From assembly GCA_012514745.1 (NCBI GenBank), contig JAAYZR010000006.1, forward strand, positions 37,889-101,888: a stretch of DNA of 64,000 nt, given 5' to 3'. This document shows positions 47,428 to 61,158 of the stretch, piece after piece. A program made the position numbers and the translations under genes. This stretch comes from Candidatus Undivivens industriae. GTDB lineage: Bacteria; Omnitrophota; Gorgyraeia; Gygaellales; Profunditerraquicolaceae. The notes beneath the pieces are model-generated. The model did not search any database, had not been told where the DNA came from, and was given only the letters and a program-made list of their open reading frames with translations. The first letter of the stretch is position 1, and the number at the start of each line of letters is the position of its first letter.

Positions 47428-48051
47428 TTAGCTTTTCTTAGCCTTCTTCTTTTTTGCGCTGCGTATAAGCACCAGCCCGTTCTTGGGCCCGGGAACGGCG
47501 CCTGTGACGAGGATGAGATTACTTTCCGCGTCGATTGCCGCCACCTTCAGGTTCTGCACGGTAACACGCTCGTTGCCCATGTGCCCGGGAAGATGATGCC
47601 CCTTAAAAACTCTGCCGGGAGTGGTGGAAGAGCCGATCGAACCGACGCGCCTTCGGGAAGTCGAGCCGCGTGTCATCGGGCCGCCCTTCCAATGCCATCT
47701 TTTCATACCGCCCTGGAACCCTTTACCGATACTGACTCCGGTAACGTCCACGAAATCGCCTTCCTTGAAACAATCCGCCTTGATCCGGTCTCCGGCCTTG
47801 AATTCAATCCCTGCGTCGCGCGGTATCTCCCTGATATATCTATGCGCCTCAATTCCGGCCTTTTTGAAAACCCCGAGCAAAGGTTTGTTGCTCTTGGATT
47901 CCTTGCATTTCTCGAAAGCCACCTGAAGACTCTTATCTTTAACGCAGAGCACCGGACAAGGACCGGCCTCGACTGCTGTGACCGTGATCCTCACGCCGTC
48001 GGCGTTGAATATCTGAGTCATCCCTATTTTTCTGCCTAATATTCCACCCAT
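47428..48051 (-). CDS. rplC: 50S ribosomal protein L3
   Basis: 207 aa. Confidence 0.95.
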   Translation of the reverse strand: MGGILGRKIGMTQIFNADGVRITVTAVEAGPCPVLCVKDKSLQVAFEKCKESKSNKPLLGVFKKAGIEAHRYIREIPRDAGIEFKAGDRIKADCFKEGDFVDVTGVSIGKGFQGGMKRWHWKGGPMTRGSTSRRRVGSIGSSTTPGRVFKGHHLPGHMGNERVTVQNLKVAAIDAESNLILVTGAVPGPKNGLVLIRSAKKKKAKKS

Positions 48052-48116
48052 CTTGACAAATCCCTTTTATTGTATAAAGCGGCGCCTCTTGCGCTGGAAC
48101 AAGCGTGACGCGGCCG

Positions 48117-48419
48117 TTACTTTATCTCTACGTCGACGCCAGCCGGTAAATTCAGTTTTCTCAGAGAATCTATGGTCTTGGATGTCGGCTCGTAAATATC
48201 TATGAGCCGTTTGTGGGTAAAGAGGCCGAACTGCTCCCTGGCTTTTTTATCTATGACGGGAGAACAAAGGACGGTGTAAATTTCCCTCTTGGTAGGCAGC
48301 GGGACGGGACCGGAAATCTTCGCTCCCGTGCGCCTGACCGTATCCACTATCTCTTCGACTGTCTGATCCAGTAAGCGGTGGTCGTATGCTTTAAGTTTTA
48401 TGCGTATTTTCTGATTCAT
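48117..48419 (-). CDS. rpsJ: 30S ribosomal protein S10
   Basis: 100 aa. Confidence 0.95.
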   Translation of the reverse strand: MNQKIRIKLKAYDHRLLDQTVEEIVDTVRRTGAKISGPVPLPTKREIYTVLCSPVIDKKAREQFGLFTHKRLIDIYEPTSKTIDSLRKLNLPAGVDVEIK

Positions 48420-48498
48420 CGATTGTTCCGTTCAGTCTCCGTTCCTCCGCGGCCGGCCTTAAGGACCGGCCGCGGAAGCCGAAGATCATTCTTCCGTA

Positions 48499-49701
48499 TT
48501 AAGCGATTATCTCGGTGACTACTCCTGCGCCGACGGTATGGCCGCCTTCGCGTATAGCGAAACGAGACTCTTTTTCCATGGCGATAGGAATTATCAGCTC
48601 CACTTCAAATTGCACGTTGTCCCCCGGCATTACCATTTCAACTCCCTGCGGAAGCTTGGACGAGCCGGTAACGTCGGTCGTGCGGAAATAGAACTGCGGC
48701 CTGTACCCGGAGAAGAACGGGGTGTGTCTGCCGCCCTCTTCCTTGGTCAGGATGTAAACCTGCGCCTTGAACTTGGTGTGCGGTGTGATCGACTTCGGCG
48801 CGGCGATTACCATCCCGCGTTCGATGTCTTTCTTGTCCACGCCTCTAAGCAGAAGCCCGACGTTGTCTCCGGCCTGCCCTTCGTCCAGGGTCTTCCTGAA
48901 CATCTCTATTCCGGTGACGACGCTCTTCTTGACGTCCGGACGCAGCCCGATTATCTCGACCTCGTCGTTAACCTTGACCTTGCCGCGCTCGATCCTTCCG
49001 GTACCGACGGTTCCGCGGCCCTCGATCGTGAACACATCTTCCACTGCCATCAGCATCGGCTTATCCAGTTCGCGGGTCGGCAGCGGGATGAACTCGTCTG
49101 CCGCCTTAACCAGCTCCAGAATAGGCGCCGCTTCGGGGCTGTTGGCATCGCTGCACTGCATCGCTTTCAGGGCGCTCCCCTTGATGATCGGGGTTTTGTC
49201 GCCCGGATAGCCATACTTGGTGAGCAGATCCCTGATCTCCATCTCCACCAGGTCGAGCAGTTCCTTGTCGGTTACGATATCGACCTTGTTCAGGAAGACT
49301 ACCATCGCCGGAACGTTGACCTGTCTGGCCAGGAGGATATGCTCTCTGGTTTGGGGCATCGGGCCGTCGGCGGCTGAGACCACCAGTATGGCGCCGTCCA
49401 TCTGAGCTGCGCCGGTGATCATGTTCTTGATGTAATCCGCGTGCCCCGGGCAGTCGATATGCGCGTAATGCCTGTTGTCGGTCTCGTATTCCACGTGGGC
49501 GACCGAAATCGTGACAACCTTGGTATCGTCCCTTACCGTGCCGCCCTTGGCGATATCGGCATATTCCCTTGCCTGCGCTTTTCCCATTTTCGAAAGAACA
49601 TGGGTAATGGCTGCCGTCAGGGTGGTCTTGCCGTGATCGATGTGGCCGATTGTACCTATGTTCGCGTGCGGTTTACTTCTCACAAACTTCTCTTTAGCCA
49701 T
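48499..49701 (-). CDS. tuf: Elongation factor Tu
   Basis: 400 aa. [14 protein letters not shown] and NKVD GTPase motifs. Confidence 0.97.
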   Translation of the reverse strand: MAKEKFVRSKPHANIGTIGHIDHGKTTLTAAITHVLSKMGKAQAREYADIAKGGTVRDDTKVVTISVAHVEYETDNRHYAHIDCPGHADYIKNMITGAAQMDGAILVVSAADGPMPQTREHILLARQVNVPAMVVFLNKVDIVTDKELLDLVEMEIRDLLTKYGYPGDKTPIIKGSALKAMQCSDANSPEAAPILELVKAADEFIPLPTRELDKPMLMAVEDVFTIEGRGTVGTGRIERGKVKVNDEVEIIGLRPDVKKSVVTGIEMFRKTLDEGQAGDNVGLLLRGVDKKDIERGMVIAAPKSITPHTKFKAQVYILTKEEGGRHTPFFSGYRPQFYFRTTDVTGSSKLPQGVEMVMPGDNVQFEVELIIPIAMEKESRFAIREGGHTVGAGVVTEIIA

Positions 49702-49722
49702 TACGTCACCTCCTAAGTTTAA

Positions 49723-51816
49723 TTATGCACCCTTGCGTGAACTTATCCCTGCCACTATTTTCTCTGATATATGTGAAGGCACCTCGGCGTAGAACGAAGG
49801 TTCCATTGTATAAGACGCGCGCCCTTGTGTCAAGGATCTCAATACGGTAGCGTAATTGAACACCTCCGACAACGGCACGTGCGCTCTTATAGCCCTTACG
49901 TTGCTTCTGGGAGTTATCGAGATGATCTTGGCGCGCCGAGAGCTGAGGTCGCCGATGACCGCTCCCATGAATTCCTCCGGGGTGGTCGCCTCCAGGTCCA
50001 TGATCGGCTCAAGCAGGAACGACTTCGCCTTCGCCAAACCCTCTTTCAACCCGATGCTTGCCGCCATCTTGAACGACATCTCGGATGAATCGACGTCATG
50101 ATACGAACCGTCAACCAGGGTGACTTTTACATCGGTGACCGGATAACCGGCGAGGATACCGCTTTTCGCCGTTTCAAAGATACCCTGCTTCACGGCCGGG
50201 ATATACTCCTGCGGGATCGCTCCGCCTTTTATCTTGTTCTCGAAAGTGACCCCCAAGCCGGGAGCTTCCTGAGGTTCCACATCTATGACCACGTGTCCGT
50301 ACTGGCCGCGGCCGCCGCTCTGCTGAATAAACTTTCCGGTCACGTTTGCCTTCTGGCGCACGGTCTCGCGGTAAGCTACCTGAGGCACACCCACCTGCAC
50401 ATCCACGTTGAACTCGCGCAGAAGACGGTCGGTGATGATCTCCAGATGCAGCTGCCCCATCCCCGACATCAAGGTCTGGCCGGTTTCCTGATTATAAGTG
50501 ATGCGGAAAGTCGGGTCTTCCTCGGACAGTTTGTGCAGCGACATACCGAGCCGTTCCTGGTCGCTCTTGGTCTTCGGCTCGATAGACTGCGAAAGCACCG
50601 GCTCCGGGAATTTCATCGCTTCCAGCAGGATCTGGTTGTTCTCGTTACAAAGAGTGTCTCCTGTCTTGGTATCCTTCAGCCCCACTACGGCCACGATGTC
50701 CCCGGAGTAAGCCGCTTCGATTATCTCCTGACGGTTGGAGTGCATCTTCAAAAGCTTGGTCACGCGCTCCTTCACCCTTCGAGCGGCGTTATAAATATAA
50801 GTCCCGGAAGTCAGCGTCCCGGCGTAAATCCTGGTATAATTCAGTTTTCCCACGAACGGATCGGTAGCTATCTTGAAACACAACGCGGTCAGAGGCGCGT
50901 CGTCTTCGGTCTTGATCTCCTCGAAATCCCCGCTGTCCGGCTTTGTCCCTTTAATGGGCGGCAGGTCGAGGGGCGAAGGCAAGTAGTCGCATACCGCGTT
51001 CAGCAGCAGCTGCACGCCTTTGTTCTTGAAAGAGGTGCCGCAAAGCACCGGCACGAATTTATTCTCGATCACGCCTTTGCGCACTGCCTTCTTTATCTCC
51101 TCGGCCCCGATCTCCTGCCCGCCGAGATATTTCTCCATAATCCCGTCGTCCGCCTCGGAAAGCCTCTCCAACATTTCGCTGCGCAGGCGCTCGGCCTCGG
51201 CCTTCAATTCATCCGGCCACCCCGGGGTGACCTCCTGCTCTTTTCCAAGGTCATCCTTGTAAATAACGGTCTTCTTCTCTATAAGATCCAGAATGCCCTT
51301 GAAGTTCTCCTCCTGGCCGTAATTGAATTGTATGGCCGCGGCATTAGCCCCGAGTTTATCGTGTATCTGTTTGATCACCTCGCGCATGCTGCTGCCGGTC
51401 CTGTCCATCTTGTTGATATAGGCTATGCGCGGGACATGGTAACGTTCTGCCTGGCGCCAGACCGTCTCGGACTGCGGCTCCACTCCGCCGACTCCGCAAA
51501 AAACTACCACGGCTCCGTCGAGGACCTTGAGCGAACGCTCCACCTCCACGGTAAAATCCACGTGTCCGGGGGTGTCGATTATATTGATGAAACAATCCTT
51601 CCAGCGGCAGGTGGTGGCGGCCGCGGTGATGGTAATGCCGCGCTCCTGCTCCTGCGGCATCCAGTCCATGACGGCGTTGCCGTCGTGCACTTCCCCGATC
51701 TTATAAGTCTTACCGGTATAGTAAAGAATACGTTCGGTAGTGGTGGTCTTCCCGGCATCAATGTGCGCGATGATACCGATATTCCTTAATTTATCTAAAG
51801 GTACCTGTCTGGCCAT
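49723..51816 (-). CDS. fusA: Elongation factor G
   Basis: Start at [25 protein letters not shown]. The ORF-track 10-aa extension is rejected because it would overlap rpsG. Confidence 0.95.
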   Translation of the reverse strand: MARQVPLDKLRNIGIIAHIDAGKTTTTERILYYTGKTYKIGEVHDGNAVMDWMPQEQERGITITAAATTCRWKDCFINIIDTPGHVDFTVEVERSLKVLDGAVVVFCGVGGVEPQSETVWRQAERYHVPRIAYINKMDRTGSSMREVIKQIHDKLGANAAAIQFNYGQEENFKGILDLIEKKTVIYKDDLGKEQEVTPGWPDELKAEAERLRSEMLERLSEADDGIMEKYLGGQEIGAEEIKKAVRKGVIENKFVPVLCGTSFKNKGVQLLLNAVCDYLPSPLDLPPIKGTKPDSGDFEEIKTEDDAPLTALCFKIATDPFVGKLNYTRIYAGTLTSGTYIYNAARRVKERVTKLLKMHSNRQEIIEAAYSGDIVAVVGLKDTKTGDTLCNENNQILLEAMKFPEPVLSQSIEPKTKSDQERLGMSLHKLSEEDPTFRITYNQETGQTLMSGMGQLHLEIITDRLLREFNVDVQVGVPQVAYRETVRQKANVTGKFIQQSGGRGQYGHVVIDVEPQEAPGLGVTFENKIKGGAIPQEYIPAVKQGIFETAKSGILAGYPVTDVKVTLVDGSYHDVDSSEMSFKMAASIGLKEGLAKAKSFLLEPIMDLEATTPEEFMGAVIGDLSSRRAKIISITPRSNVRAIRAHVPLSEVFNYATVLRSLTQGRASYTMEPSFYAEVPSHISEKIVAGISSRKGA

Positions 51817-51826
51817 ATTCTTTCCC

Positions 51827-52297
51827 TTACCACCTGAAATGGGCAAAAGCCTTGTTGGACTCAGCCATTTTGTGGGTATCGTCCCTCTTCTTTATGCTCG
51901 AGCCTTCGTTTTTATAGGCCGCGATGATCTCATCGGCCAGCCTCTGATCCATGGACTTGCCTTTCTTGCCGCGGGCGAAATCCCTTATCCAGCGCAGGGC
52001 TATGGAGGTGCCGCGCTCCTGCCGGACTTCGATCGGGACCTGGTAAGTGGCGCCACCGACCCTGCGGGGTTTGACTTCCAGCCTGGGCCTGGCGTTCTCT
52101 ATCGCCTTGTGGAATATCTTGAGGACATCGGGCTCGTTCAAGTGTTGCCTGACTATCTCGAACGCCCCGTATACTATGCTCTCTGCAACAGCCTTCTTGC
52201 CCTCATACATCACCATATTTATGAACTTGCCGACGATCTTGCTGTTGAACTTCGGATCAGCCGCTATTTCCTTTTCTTGTGCCTTTCTTCTTCTCAT
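51827..52297 (-). CDS. rpsG: 30S ribosomal protein S7
   Basis: 156 aa. Confidence 0.95.
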   Translation of the reverse strand: MRRRKAQEKEIAADPKFNSKIVGKFINMVMYEGKKAVAESIVYGAFEIVRQHLNEPDVLKIFHKAIENARPRLEVKPRRVGGATYQVPIEVRQERGTSIALRWIRDFARGKKGKSMDQRLADEIIAAYKNEGSSIKKRDDTHKMAESNKAFAHFRW

Positions 52298-52316
52298 ATC
52301 GCTGCTACGCTCCTAT

Positions 52317-52691
52317 TTAAGCTTTAGGCCTTTTGGCGCCGTATTTAGACCGGGACTTCCTGCGCGCGCTTACTCCAGCGGCGTCGAGACTGCCCCTGAC
52401 TATATGATACCTTACACCGGGGAGGTCCTTGACGCGGCCGCCCCTGACCAGGACGATCGAATGCTCCTGAAGATTGTGCCCTTCTCCAGGGATGTAGGCG
52501 GTGACTTCTATGCCGGTGGTGAGCCTGACCCTGGCGATCTTGCGCAAAGCCGAGTTGGGCTTTTTCGGGGTCATCGTCCTGACCTGCAGGCACACGCCCC
52601 TGCGCTGCGGGCAAGCCTTCAAAGCAGGGGACTTCGTCTTCTTTTTCTTGGAGATCCTACCTAACCTGATTAGCTGTGTGATTGTCGGCAT
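52317..52691 (-). CDS. rpsL: 30S ribosomal protein S12
   Basis: 124 aa. Confidence 0.95.
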   Translation of the reverse strand: MPTITQLIRLGRISKKKKTKSPALKACPQRRGVCLQVRTMTPKKPNSALRKIARVRLTTGIEVTAYIPGEGHNLQEHSIVLVRGGRVKDLPGVRYHIVRGSLDAAGVSARRKSRSKYGAKRPKA

Positions 52692-52695
52692 ATGT

Positions 52696-55600
52696 TTATT
52701 CCTTTACGGTTTCTTCTGCGGCCTCGACAGGCACGGCATCTGCTGACTTTTGCATTTTTATTTCCCGGTGGGTATGGAATCCCGTTCCTGCCGGGATCAA
52801 ATGTCCCACGATAACATTCTCTTTCAGACCGAACAGATCGTCTTTCTTCCCGGCAGCCGCGGCCTCGGTCAGGACGCGCGTGGTCTCCTGGAAGCTTGCC
52901 GCGGATATGAAACTGTCCGTAGTCAGCGAAGCCTTGGTGATACCGAGCAGCAGCGGAGTAGCCGAGGCCGGTTTGCCGCCCTTTTTCAGCACTTCCTCGT
53001 TAGCCTGCCTGAATGTCCACTTGTCCACCTGCTGCCCCACCAGGAACTCGCTGTCCCCGGCGTTTTCGATACGGACCTTTTTAAGCATCTGTCTAATTAT
53101 AACTTCAATATGCTTGTCGTTTATGCGTACGCCCTGCAGGCGGTAAACCTCCTGTATCTCGTTTACCAGGTACTCCTGCAGCACCTTGTCGCCGCAGACA
53201 CGCAGGATGTCCTGCAGGACCACCGGTCCGTCGGTAAGCTGCTGGCCTGCCGCGACCTTGTCCGCCTTGTAAACGTTGGGATGTTTTCCGTGCGGGATCA
53301 CATACTCCCTCGACATCCCTGTCGGGGACTTGACGACAATTACCCTCTGGCCTTTTTTCGTCTCGCCGAATTCTATGAACCCGTCGATCTCGCTGATAAC
53401 GGCCGGGTCTTTCGGCCTTCTGGCCTCGAACAGCTCCGCCACGCGCGGCAAACCGCCGGTTATATCTCTGGTCTTGACAACCAATCTGGGTATCTTAGCC
53501 AGCATGTCTCCGGCGTCGACCGCCTGGCCGTCCTTGACCAGGATATGCGCCCCGACGCTGATCGGGTATATGCCCATCACCTCGCCGGCCGCGCTTGATA
53601 TGACGATCTGCGGATGGAACTCCTGCTTGTGCTCGACCACTATGCGTTCGGTCAACTTTGTGACCGGATTAAGTTCTTCCTGTATGGTCTGGCCTTCTTT
53701 GATATCCTCATATTTTACTTTACCGCCGACCTCGGTAAGAATCGGGATCGTATACGGATCCCAGCGCACGAAAGGCACGCCCTTGTTGATCTCCGCCCCG
53801 TCGGCCACGCTGATGAAAGCCCCCTGAGGAAGGGTATAGCGTTCGAACTCCCTGCCCTGTCCGTCGTTGATGCTGATGCTCCCGTTCCTGTTAAGAACCA
53901 CGAACTCCTTGCTCTTTTCGGTGACGCGCAGGCTGTGATATTTTACCGTGCCCTTGTTCTTGGACTTGAAGAGCGACTGTTCTACGGTCCTGGACGCCGT
54001 GCCTCCTATATGGAACGTTCTCATCGTCAGCTGCGTGCCCGGCTCGCCGATACTCTGCGCTCCCACGACGCCCACGGCGTCTCCGACCTCGACAAGCCTT
54101 CCGCTGGCGAGGTTGCGGCCGTAGCATTTTGAGCAGACTCCCCTGCCCGATTCGCAGGTAAGAACGCTGCGGATGCGTATGCGCTCTATGCCGAGCCTCT
54201 CGATCATCTCCGCCTTCTCCTCCGTGATCTCCGAGCCCTGCTCGACGATAACCTCGTCTGTAATGATGTCCACGACATTATCGAGCGCGACGCGCCCGGC
54301 GATGCGGTCCTTGAGGCTGACCACCACTTCGTCGCCCTCGATGATTGCCGAGACTGTAATCCCGTTAAGAGTGCCGCAGTCCTCCTCCTCGATAATCACC
54401 TCCTGCGCTACATCCACCAGCCTCCTGGTAAGGTATCCGGCGTCGGCCGTCTTCAAGGCCGTGTCGGCGAGACCTTTCCTTGCGCCGTGCGTAGAGATGA
54501 AATACTCGAGAACCGTCAGCCCCTCGCGGAAATTAGCGGTAATCGGGTTCTCGATGATCTCGCCGGAAGGCTTGGCCATCAGACCTCGCATGCCGGCCAG
54601 CTGCCTGACCTGCAGTTTAGAACCGCGGGCCCCGGAATCGGCCATGATGAAAATCGGATTGAACCTGGGCATCTCCTTGAAAAGAAGGTCGGATATCTTA
54701 TCGGTTGTGTGCGTCCAGATATCGATAACCTTGCTCTTACGTTCCCTGTCGGTAATGATACCCCGGCGGTACTGTTCTTCTACCTTGGCGACCTCCGCCC
54801 TGGATTCCTTGAGCACGTCCTGTTTCTCTTTCGGAACCAGCAGGTCGTCCATACCTATGGATATCCCGCCCAGGGTCGCGTAAATAAACCCGAGCTTCTT
54901 GCTCTCGTCGACCAGCTGGATGGTACGCTGGTGGCCGTAACGCTTATAGCAGAGGGCGACTATGTTGCCTACCAGCCCCTTATTCAACTCCCTGTTGACG
55001 AATCCGAAATCGGACGGCAGTAAACGGTTAAAAATGACCCTGCCGGGGGTGGTCTCTATGATCTGCCTGCCGTCGATCCTGTTGCCTTCGGCAAGATCCA
55101 TTAACTGGTCGACGCGCAGCCTGATCTTGGTGTGCAGGTCCGCCTCCTTGTCCTCGTAGGCGGTTATTACCTCGGAAGCGTCGGCGAAAATACGGTTCTC
55201 CCCCCTGCAGCCTTCTTTCATTTTGGTCAAATAGGAAACGCCGAGAATGATGTCCTGCGTAGGAGAAATTATCGGCCGGCCGTCGGCAGGCGAAAAAAGG
55301 TTGTTCACCGACATCATCAGCACCCGGACTTCGATCTGGGCCTCGAGAGATAGAGGCACGTGAACGGCCATCTGGTCTCCGTCGAAGTCGGCGTTGAACG
55401 CCGTACAAACGAGGGGATGTATCTTTATCGCCTTACCCTCGATAAGCACCGGCTGAAAAGCCTGAATGCTCAATCTGTGCAACGTCGGCGCGCGGTTGAG
55501 CATTACCGGATGGTCTTTAATGACCTCATCCAGTATATCCCACACCTCTATCTTGCCGCGCTCCACCATGCGGCGCGCGCCCTTAATGGTATGCACAAAC

Positions 55601-56742
55601 CCCTTCTCGCGGAGCTTCTTTATGATGAACGGTTCGAAAAGTTCCAGCGCCATCTGCTTAGGCAGTCCGCATTCGTTCAGATTCAATTCGGGGCCGACGA
55701 CGATTACCGAACGGCCGGAATAATCCACGCGTTTGCCGAGCAGGTTCTGGCGGAAACGCCCCTGTTTACCCTTGAGCATATCGGAAAGTGACTTCAATGG
55801 ACGGTTGTTGGCTGCGACCACGGCGCGGCCGTGCCTGCCGTTATCGAGCAGGGCGTCCACCGCCTCCTGGAGCATCCTCTTCTCGTTGCGGATGATGATC
55901 TCCGGGGCGTTCAGCTCGATGAGTTTCTTCAAACGGTTATTGCGGTTGATTACCCTGCGGTAAAGGTCGTTGAGATCGGAACTGGCGAAACGCCCTCCGT
56001 CAAGCGGCACCAGCGGGCGCAGGTCGGGGGGAATCACGGGAAGTATCTCCAGGATCATCCACTCCGCCTTGTTCCCGGATTTACGGAAATCCTCGAGTAT
56101 TTTCAAAGTCTTGGTATTGCGCCTGCCGCTTGTCTGCTCTTTTTCTTTGGAGAGTTCGCTGCGCAGCTGCTCGGCGTGTTTGTCGAGGTCTACTTCCTTC
56201 AGCAGTTCGCTGACCGCCTCGGCGCCTATCATGGCCTTGAAGCTCGCGCCGTATTTGACGACGGCTTCCTGATACTGCTCTTCAGTCAAAAGCTCCTTTT
56301 TCTTCAACGGGGAGTCGCCCGGGTCTACCACTACGTATTCCTCGTAATAAATCACCTTCTCCAGGTCGCGCAGACCTATGTCGAGAATGGCGGAAAGACG
56401 CGAAGGCACCGCCTTGAAAAACCAGATATGCGTGACAGGCGCCGCCAGCTCAATGTGGCCCATGCGGTCCCTGCGCACGGAAGAATGATCCACGGTGACC
56501 CCGCAGCGGTCACAGGTAATTCCCTTGAACTTTATCCCTTTATACTTCCCGCAGTTGCACTCCCAATCCCTGACGGGTCCGAATATCTTCTCGCAGAACA
56601 ACCCGTCTTTTTCCGGTTTAAGCGTGCGGTAGTTTATAGTCTCCGCTTTTTTTACCTCGCCCTTGGACCAGCTCCTGATCACCTGGGGCGAAGCGATCTT
56701 GATCGAAATACGGTCAAAGGAATTAATCTCTTCCATTTTCAC
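52696..56742 (-). CDS. rpoC: DNA-directed RNA polymerase subunit beta'
   Basis: 1348 aa, NADFDGD catalytic motif. Confidence 0.97.
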   Translation of the reverse strand: MKMEEINSFDRISIKIASPQVIRSWSKGEVKKAETINYRTLKPEKDGLFCEKIFGPVRDWECNCGKYKGIKFKGITCDRCGVTVDHSSVRRDRMGHIELAAPVTHIWFFKAVPSRLSAILDIGLRDLEKVIYYEEYVVVDPGDSPLKKKELLTEEQYQEAVVKYGASFKAMIGAEAVSELLKEVDLDKHAEQLRSELSKEKEQTSGRRNTKTLKILEDFRKSGNKAEWMILEILPVIPPDLRPLVPLDGGRFASSDLNDLYRRVINRNNRLKKLIELNAPEIIIRNEKRMLQEAVDALLDNGRHGRAVVAANNRPLKSLSDMLKGKQGRFRQNLLGKRVDYSGRSVIVVGPELNLNECGLPKQMALELFEPFIIKKLREKGFVHTIKGARRMVERGKIEVWDILDEVIKDHPVMLNRAPTLHRLSIQAFQPVLIEGKAIKIHPLVCTAFNADFDGDQMAVHVPLSLEAQIEVRVLMMSVNNLFSPADGRPIISPTQDIILGVSYLTKMKEGCRGENRIFADASEVITAYEDKEADLHTKIRLRVDQLMDLAEGNRIDGRQIIETTPGRVIFNRLLPSDFGFVNRELNKGLVGNIVALCYKRYGHQRTIQLVDESKKLGFIYATLGGISIGMDDLLVPKEKQDVLKESRAEVAKVEEQYRRGIITDRERKSKVIDIWTHTTDKISDLLFKEMPRFNPIFIMADSGARGSKLQVRQLAGMRGLMAKPSGEIIENPITANFREGLTVLEYFISTHGARKGLADTALKTADAGYLTRRLVDVAQEVIIEEEDCGTLNGITVSAIIEGDEVVVSLKDRIAGRVALDNVVDIITDEVIVEQGSEITEEKAEMIERLGIERIRIRSVLTCESGRGVCSKCYGRNLASGRLVEVGDAVGVVGAQSIGEPGTQLTMRTFHIGGTASRTVEQSLFKSKNKGTVKYHSLRVTEKSKEFVVLNRNGSISINDGQGREFERYTLPQGAFISVADGAEINKGVPFVRWDPYTIPILTEVGGKVKYEDIKEGQTIQEELNPVTKLTERIVVEHKQEFHPQIVISSAAGEVMGIYPISVGAHILVKDGQAVDAGDMLAKIPRLVVKTRDITGGLPRVAELFEARRPKDPAVISEIDGFIEFGETKKGQRVIVVKSPTGMSREYVIPHGKHPNVYKADKVAAGQQLTDGPVVLQDILRVCGDKVLQEYLVNEIQEVYRLQGVRINDKHIEVIIRQMLKKVRIENAGDSEFLVGQQVDKWTFRQANEEVLKKGGKPASATPLLLGITKASLTTDSFISAASFQETTRVLTEAAAAGKKDDLFGLKENVIVGHLIPAGTGFHTHREIKMQKSADAVPVEAAEETVKE

Positions 56743-59700
56743 TTTCCTTCTTCTCCGTGCGAATGTCCAGGCACAGTCCTTGTAATTCCTTTATCAGGAC
56801 GTTGAACGATTCCGGCGTCCCGTATGTGAGCCTTTGTTCGCCCTTGACTATGGCTTCGTATATGTGCGTCCTGCCGGTAACGTCGTCGCTCTTGACGGTA
56901 AGCATCTCCTGCAGGGTGAACGCCGCGCCGTAAGCCTCCAGGGCCCAGACTTCCATCTCTCCCAGCCTCTGGCCTCCGAACTGGGCCTTGCCGCCGAGCG
57001 GCTGCTGTGTGACGAGGGAATACGGCCCTATCGAACGGGCATGTATCTTTTCGTCCACCAGATGAATCAGCTTCATAATATAGATGTACCCCACGCAGAC
57101 CTTCTGGTCGAACTTCTCCCCGGTAAAGCCGTCGTAAAGGCTTATCTTACCTTCTTCCGGCAGGTTCGCCTTGCGCAGAAGTTCCTTGATCTCTGCCTCG
57201 CTGGCTCCGTCGAAAACCGGGGTGTCCACCGAAAACCCGAGCGCCTTGGCCGCCCATCCCAGATGCGTCTCCAGGATCTGGCCGACGTTCATTCGGGAAG
57301 GAACACCCAGGGGATTCAACACCACCTCCACCGGTCTTCCATCCGGAAGAAAAGGCATATCTTCCTCGGGAAGGATGCGCGCGACCACGCCCTTGTTGCC
57401 GTGGCGGCCCGCGAGTTTGTCCCCCTCTGAAAGCTTACGTTTGGTGGCGATGTAAACCACGACCCGTTTTAACACACCGGGAGGCAGTTCATCGCCGCGT
57501 TTGACCCTGTCGATCTCCTGTTCCTGCTCGGAGAGCAATTCCTGGAGCTGTTCGTCGAAAGAAGCCGCTATTATCCTGGCCTCCTCGTTCTGGTCGATCT
57601 CTATCACCGGGACCTTCTTCTTATCCACACCCAGAAACTGGCTGAGCCTGTTGACCTTCTCGTTCTCGACGAACTCTATCTCCTGCCTATAATAGGCCTT
57701 GATCTCTTTTATACGCGCGAGCTCGGAGGTTTTCTCCTCTTTGGATTTCCTGCCGCGGTCCTTGCGCTGAAAAATGTGCACGTCAACCACCACGCCCTCG
57801 ACCCCGGGCGGAACGGCGAGAGAAGTGTCGCGCACGTCGGAAGCTTTCTCGCCGAATATGGCGCGCAGCAGACGCTCTTCCGGAGATAGTTCCGACTCCG
57901 TCTTGGGGGTGACCTTGCCGACAAGAATGTCCCCCGCCCCGACCTCGGCTCCGATGCGCACCACGCCGTCTTCATCGAGGTTCTTCAGCGACTCCTCGCT
58001 GACATTGGGGATATCCCTGGTTATCTCCTCGTTCCCGAGGCGCGTCTCCGTGGCTTCTATCTCAAACTCCTCTATGTGTATCGAGGTGAACAGGTCCTCC
58101 CTGACCACCTTCTCGTTTATCAGTATGGCGTCCTCGAAGTTGTAACCTCTCCAGGGCATGAAAGCGCAGAGCAGGTTGCGGCCGAGGGCCAGTTCGCCTT
58201 TGCGCGTGCTGGTGCCGTCCGCCAGGACCTGCCCCTTCTCTACGTGCTCTCCGGGCTTTACGATCGGCCTCTGATTGAGACAGGTATCGGCGTTGGTCCT
58301 CTGGAACTTTTTTAAATGGTATATTCTTTTGCCTACCGTTATGGTAGAAGCGTCCACGCTGGTGATCTTGCCCGAATCCTCGGCGATCACCACTACCCCG
58401 GAATCGCGCGCGACCTTCCCTTCCATCTGCGTCCCCACCAGAGGCGCTTCCGGCACCATCAACGGCACGGCCTGTCTCTGCATGTTCGACCCCATCAGGG
58501 CGCGGTTGGCGTCGTCATGCTCGAGAAAAGGTATAAGCGACGCGGCGACGGAAACCAGCTGTTTAGGCGAGACGTCCATATACTGGACTTTATTGGGATG
58601 CACTTTCGGGAAATCGTCCCTGAAACGGCATGAGACTTCTTTTTCCAGGAAATTTCCGTCGGAATCAATGGCGGCGTTGGCCTGAGCGATGATCTTGTCT
58701 TCTTCCAGATCTGCGGTGAGATATTCTATCTTGCGCGTCACCCTGCCGTTTTCGACTTTCCTGTAAGGCGTTTCCAACAGCCCGAGCGCATTTACCCTGG
58801 CGTAACAACTCAAGGAGGAGATCAAACCGATGTTCGGGCCTTCCGGGGTTTCTATAGGGCAGATACGGCCGTAATGCGAAGGATGTATATCCCTGACCTC
58901 GAAACCGGCCCTCTCCCTGGACAAACCTCCGGGGCCGAGCGCGCTCAGTCGTCTTTTATGCGTCATCTCGGCCAGGGGATTTATCTGGTCCATGAACTGG
59001 GACAACTGGCTGCGCGAAAAGAAATCCCTGATCTGATTGGAGAGCAGTTTGGAATTGACGAGATAATGCACGTTGAGGTTTTCCATCTCTCCCAGCAGGC
59101 TGATCCTCTCGACTATGGAACGCTCCACCCTGGAGAGGCCGATCCTGACCTGGTTCTGCACGAGTTCGCCGACTGTCTTGACTCTGCGGTTGCCCAGATG
59201 GTCTATATCGTCTATCTTTCCTTCCCCGCTCTTAAGCCTGATCAGATACTCGATGACCTTGATCACCGTAGCCGAATCCAGCACCCGCTTGTCCAGGGGG
59301 ACATCCACCCCAAGCTTGCGGTTGAGGATGAAACGGCCGGCCTTTTCCAGGTCATACCTGGCGGGATCGAAGAACAAACGGTAAAAAAGCGCTTCCGCCG
59401 CCTCGCGCGTCACCGGTTCGCTGGGGCGCATCTTGCGGTAGAAATCTATATAAGCCTCCTCTTTATTACGCGTGGAGTCTTTTTTGAGGGTGTTCTCTAT
59501 CTCCGGATACTGTTTGCCGAACGCGGCTATGATCTCCTTATCGGAAGAATAACCCAGTATCCTCAATATCTGCGTGGCGGGAAAATTGCGGCGGCGGTCA
59601 ACATAGGCGAGGATCGTCTCTGAAAGGTCATGTTTGAATTCCAGCCAGGCGCCCCTGTAGGGTATGATCCTACCGTAAAATATCTTCTTGCCGGTAGGAT

Positions 59701-60145
59701 GGTCCTCTTCCTCGAAGGAAACGCCGGGCGAACGCTGCAGCTGGCTGACGACCACCCGCTCGTCGCCGTTTATGATAAAGGTCCCGGTATCGGTCATCAG
59801 CGGGATCTCGCCGAAATAAGCCTCTTGTTCCTTGGCCTCCCGGGCGGTGGTCAGGCGGAAACGCACTTTCAAAGGCGCCCCGAAAGTGACCGAACGCCGC
59901 TTGGATTCCGGCAGATCATACTTGGGTTTTCCCAGCGAATAACTGAGGTACTCCAGTTTTACGGAACGGTCCTGGTTCTCTATGGGAAATATCTCCTCGA
60001 AAACCTCCTGCAGCCCCTGACGCTTGCGTTCCGCTGCCGGCACATCTATCTGCAGGAAATCACGATACGACCCGATCTGCATATCCAGCAAATGGGGCAG
60101 ATCGTACGTTTCCTTCAGCTTACCGAAACTTTTCCTTTTCGCCAT
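56723..60145 (-). CDS. rpoB: DNA-directed RNA polymerase subunit beta
   Basis: 1140 aa. Confidence 0.97.
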   Translation of the reverse strand: MAKRKSFGKLKETYDLPHLLDMQIGSYRDFLQIDVPAAERKRQGLQEVFEEIFPIENQDRSVKLEYLSYSLGKPKYDLPESKRRSVTFGAPLKVRFRLTTAREAKEQEAYFGEIPLMTDTGTFIINGDERVVVSQLQRSPGVSFEEEDHPTGKKIFYGRIIPYRGAWLEFKHDLSETILAYVDRRRNFPATQILRILGYSSDKEIIAAFGKQYPEIENTLKKDSTRNKEEAYIDFYRKMRPSEPVTREAAEALFYRLFFDPARYDLEKAGRFILNRKLGVDVPLDKRVLDSATVIKVIEYLIRLKSGEGKIDDIDHLGNRRVKTVGELVQNQVRIGLSRVERSIVERISLLGEMENLNVHYLVNSKLLSNQIRDFFSRSQLSQFMDQINPLAEMTHKRRLSALGPGGLSRERAGFEVRDIHPSHYGRICPIETPEGPNIGLISSLSCYARVNALGLLETPYRKVENGRVTRKIEYLTADLEEDKIIAQANAAIDSDGNFLEKEVSCRFRDDFPKVHPNKVQYMDVSPKQLVSVAASLIPFLEHDDANRALMGSNMQRQAVPLMVPEAPLVGTQMEGKVARDSGVVVIAEDSGKITSVDASTITVGKRIYHLKKFQRTNADTCLNQRPIVKPGEHVEKGQVLADGTSTRKGELALGRNLLCAFMPWRGYNFEDAILINEKVVREDLFTSIHIEEFEIEATETRLGNEEITRDIPNVSEESLKNLDEDGVVRIGAEVGAGDILVGKVTPKTESELSPEERLLRAIFGEKASDVRDTSLAVPPGVEGVVVDVHIFQRKDRGRKSKEEKTSELARIKEIKAYYRQEIEFVENEKVNRLSQFLGVDKKKVPVIEIDQNEEARIIAASFDEQLQELLSEQEQEIDRVKRGDELPPGVLKRVVVYIATKRKLSEGDKLAGRHGNKGVVARILPEEDMPFLPDGRPVEVVLNPLGVPSRMNVGQILETHLGWAAKALGFSVDTPVFDGASEAEIKELLRKANLPEEGKISLYDGFTGEKFDQKVCVGYIYIMKLIHLVDEKIHARSIGPYSLVTQQPLGGKAQFGGQRLGEMEVWALEAYGAAFTLQEMLTVKSDDVTGRTHIYEAIVKGEQRLTYGTPESFNVLIKELQGLCLDIRTEKKESENGRD

Positions 60146-60185
60146 GGTTATTCCCGACCTTCTCTATAAATAACTTCCGAAACTT

Positions 60186-60581
60186 TTATTTCAGTTCGAC
60201 GGTCGCTCCGGCGGCCTCGAGTTTCTTCTTCATTTCTTCGGCTTCTTCCTTGTTGACCCCTTCCTTGACGGCCTTGGGAGCGCCGTCCACGAGATCCTTA
60301 GCTTCTTTCAGACCGAGGTTGGTAATGGTCCTTACTTCCTTGATGACGGCTATCTTGTTCGCGCCCGACGCGGTGAGGACGACGTTGAACGACGTTTTCT
60401 CTTCCGCGGGAGCGGCTCCGCCCGCTGCTGCTCCGCCTGCTGCGGGAGCCATCATCATAGGCATGTTCGCCTGGACGCCGAATTTGTCTTCCAGCGCCTT
60501 GACCAGCTCTGAAAGTTCCAGCACCGTCAATCCTTCTATCGTTTTGATCATCTCTTCCAGTTTTTCGCTTGCCATTTCCAT
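60186..60581 (-). CDS. rplL: 50S ribosomal protein L7/L12
   Basis: 131 aa. Confidence 0.95.
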   Translation of the reverse strand: MEMASEKLEEMIKTIEGLTVLELSELVKALEDKFGVQANMPMMMAPAAGGAAAGGAAPAEEKTSFNVVLTASGANKIAVIKEVRTITNLGLKEAKDLVDGAPKAVKEGVNKEEAEEMKKKLEAAGATVELK

Positions 60582-60621
60582 TCCTCCTTGTTTTTCGCTA
60601 ATCGGCAGCCGGCCGCGCCAA

Positions 60622-61158
60622 CTAAGCGGCGGCAGACTTTTTCTGCTTTATTTGTTCGACACAGTAAACGAACTTCTTTAACGTCTGGTTAAGCACCATG
60701 ACGATGCCCGTAATCGGCGACTTGAGCACCATGACCGTCTTGGCACGCAGCATCTCTTTCGAAGGCAGTTTGGAGAGTTCCAGGACCTCTGCGGCAGTGA
60801 GAAGCTTGCCGGAGAGAAAACCCGCTTCTATTTTCAAGGGCTCGTGTTCCTTCGCGAAACCGCAGAGCGTTTTCGAAACGGCCACCGCGTCTTCTCCCGA
60901 GAAAACGAAACCGCAGGGGCCTTCGACGGAAACGGCGAGCGCGTCCTGCCCGGAATCCTTGAGCACGCGCCTGGCCACGCTATTCTTCACCACCTGCAGC
61001 TTGGCTCCGGTATCGTTAAGGAACTGCCTTAAAGCCGACATGTCCGGTGAGGACAGGCCGGAATATTTAACTATAAAAAATCCGGCGTCCGGAACGCTGA
61101 TATTGTCCTTGATGATCTTGCCGGACGTCTCCTTTATTATCAGACTTATTTTCTTCAT
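60622..61158 (-). CDS. rplJ: 50S ribosomal protein L10
   Basis: 178 aa. 4-nt overlap with rplA, so there is no L10 leader here. Confidence 0.9.
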   Translation of the reverse strand: MKKISLIIKETSGKIIKDNISVPDAGFFIVKYSGLSSPDMSALRQFLNDTGAKLQVVKNSVARRVLKDSGQDALAVSVEGPCGFVFSGEDAVAVSKTLCGFAKEHEPLKIEAGFLSGKLLTAAEVLELSKLPSKEMLRAKTVMVLKSPITGIVMVLNQTLKKFVYCVEQIKQKKSAAA

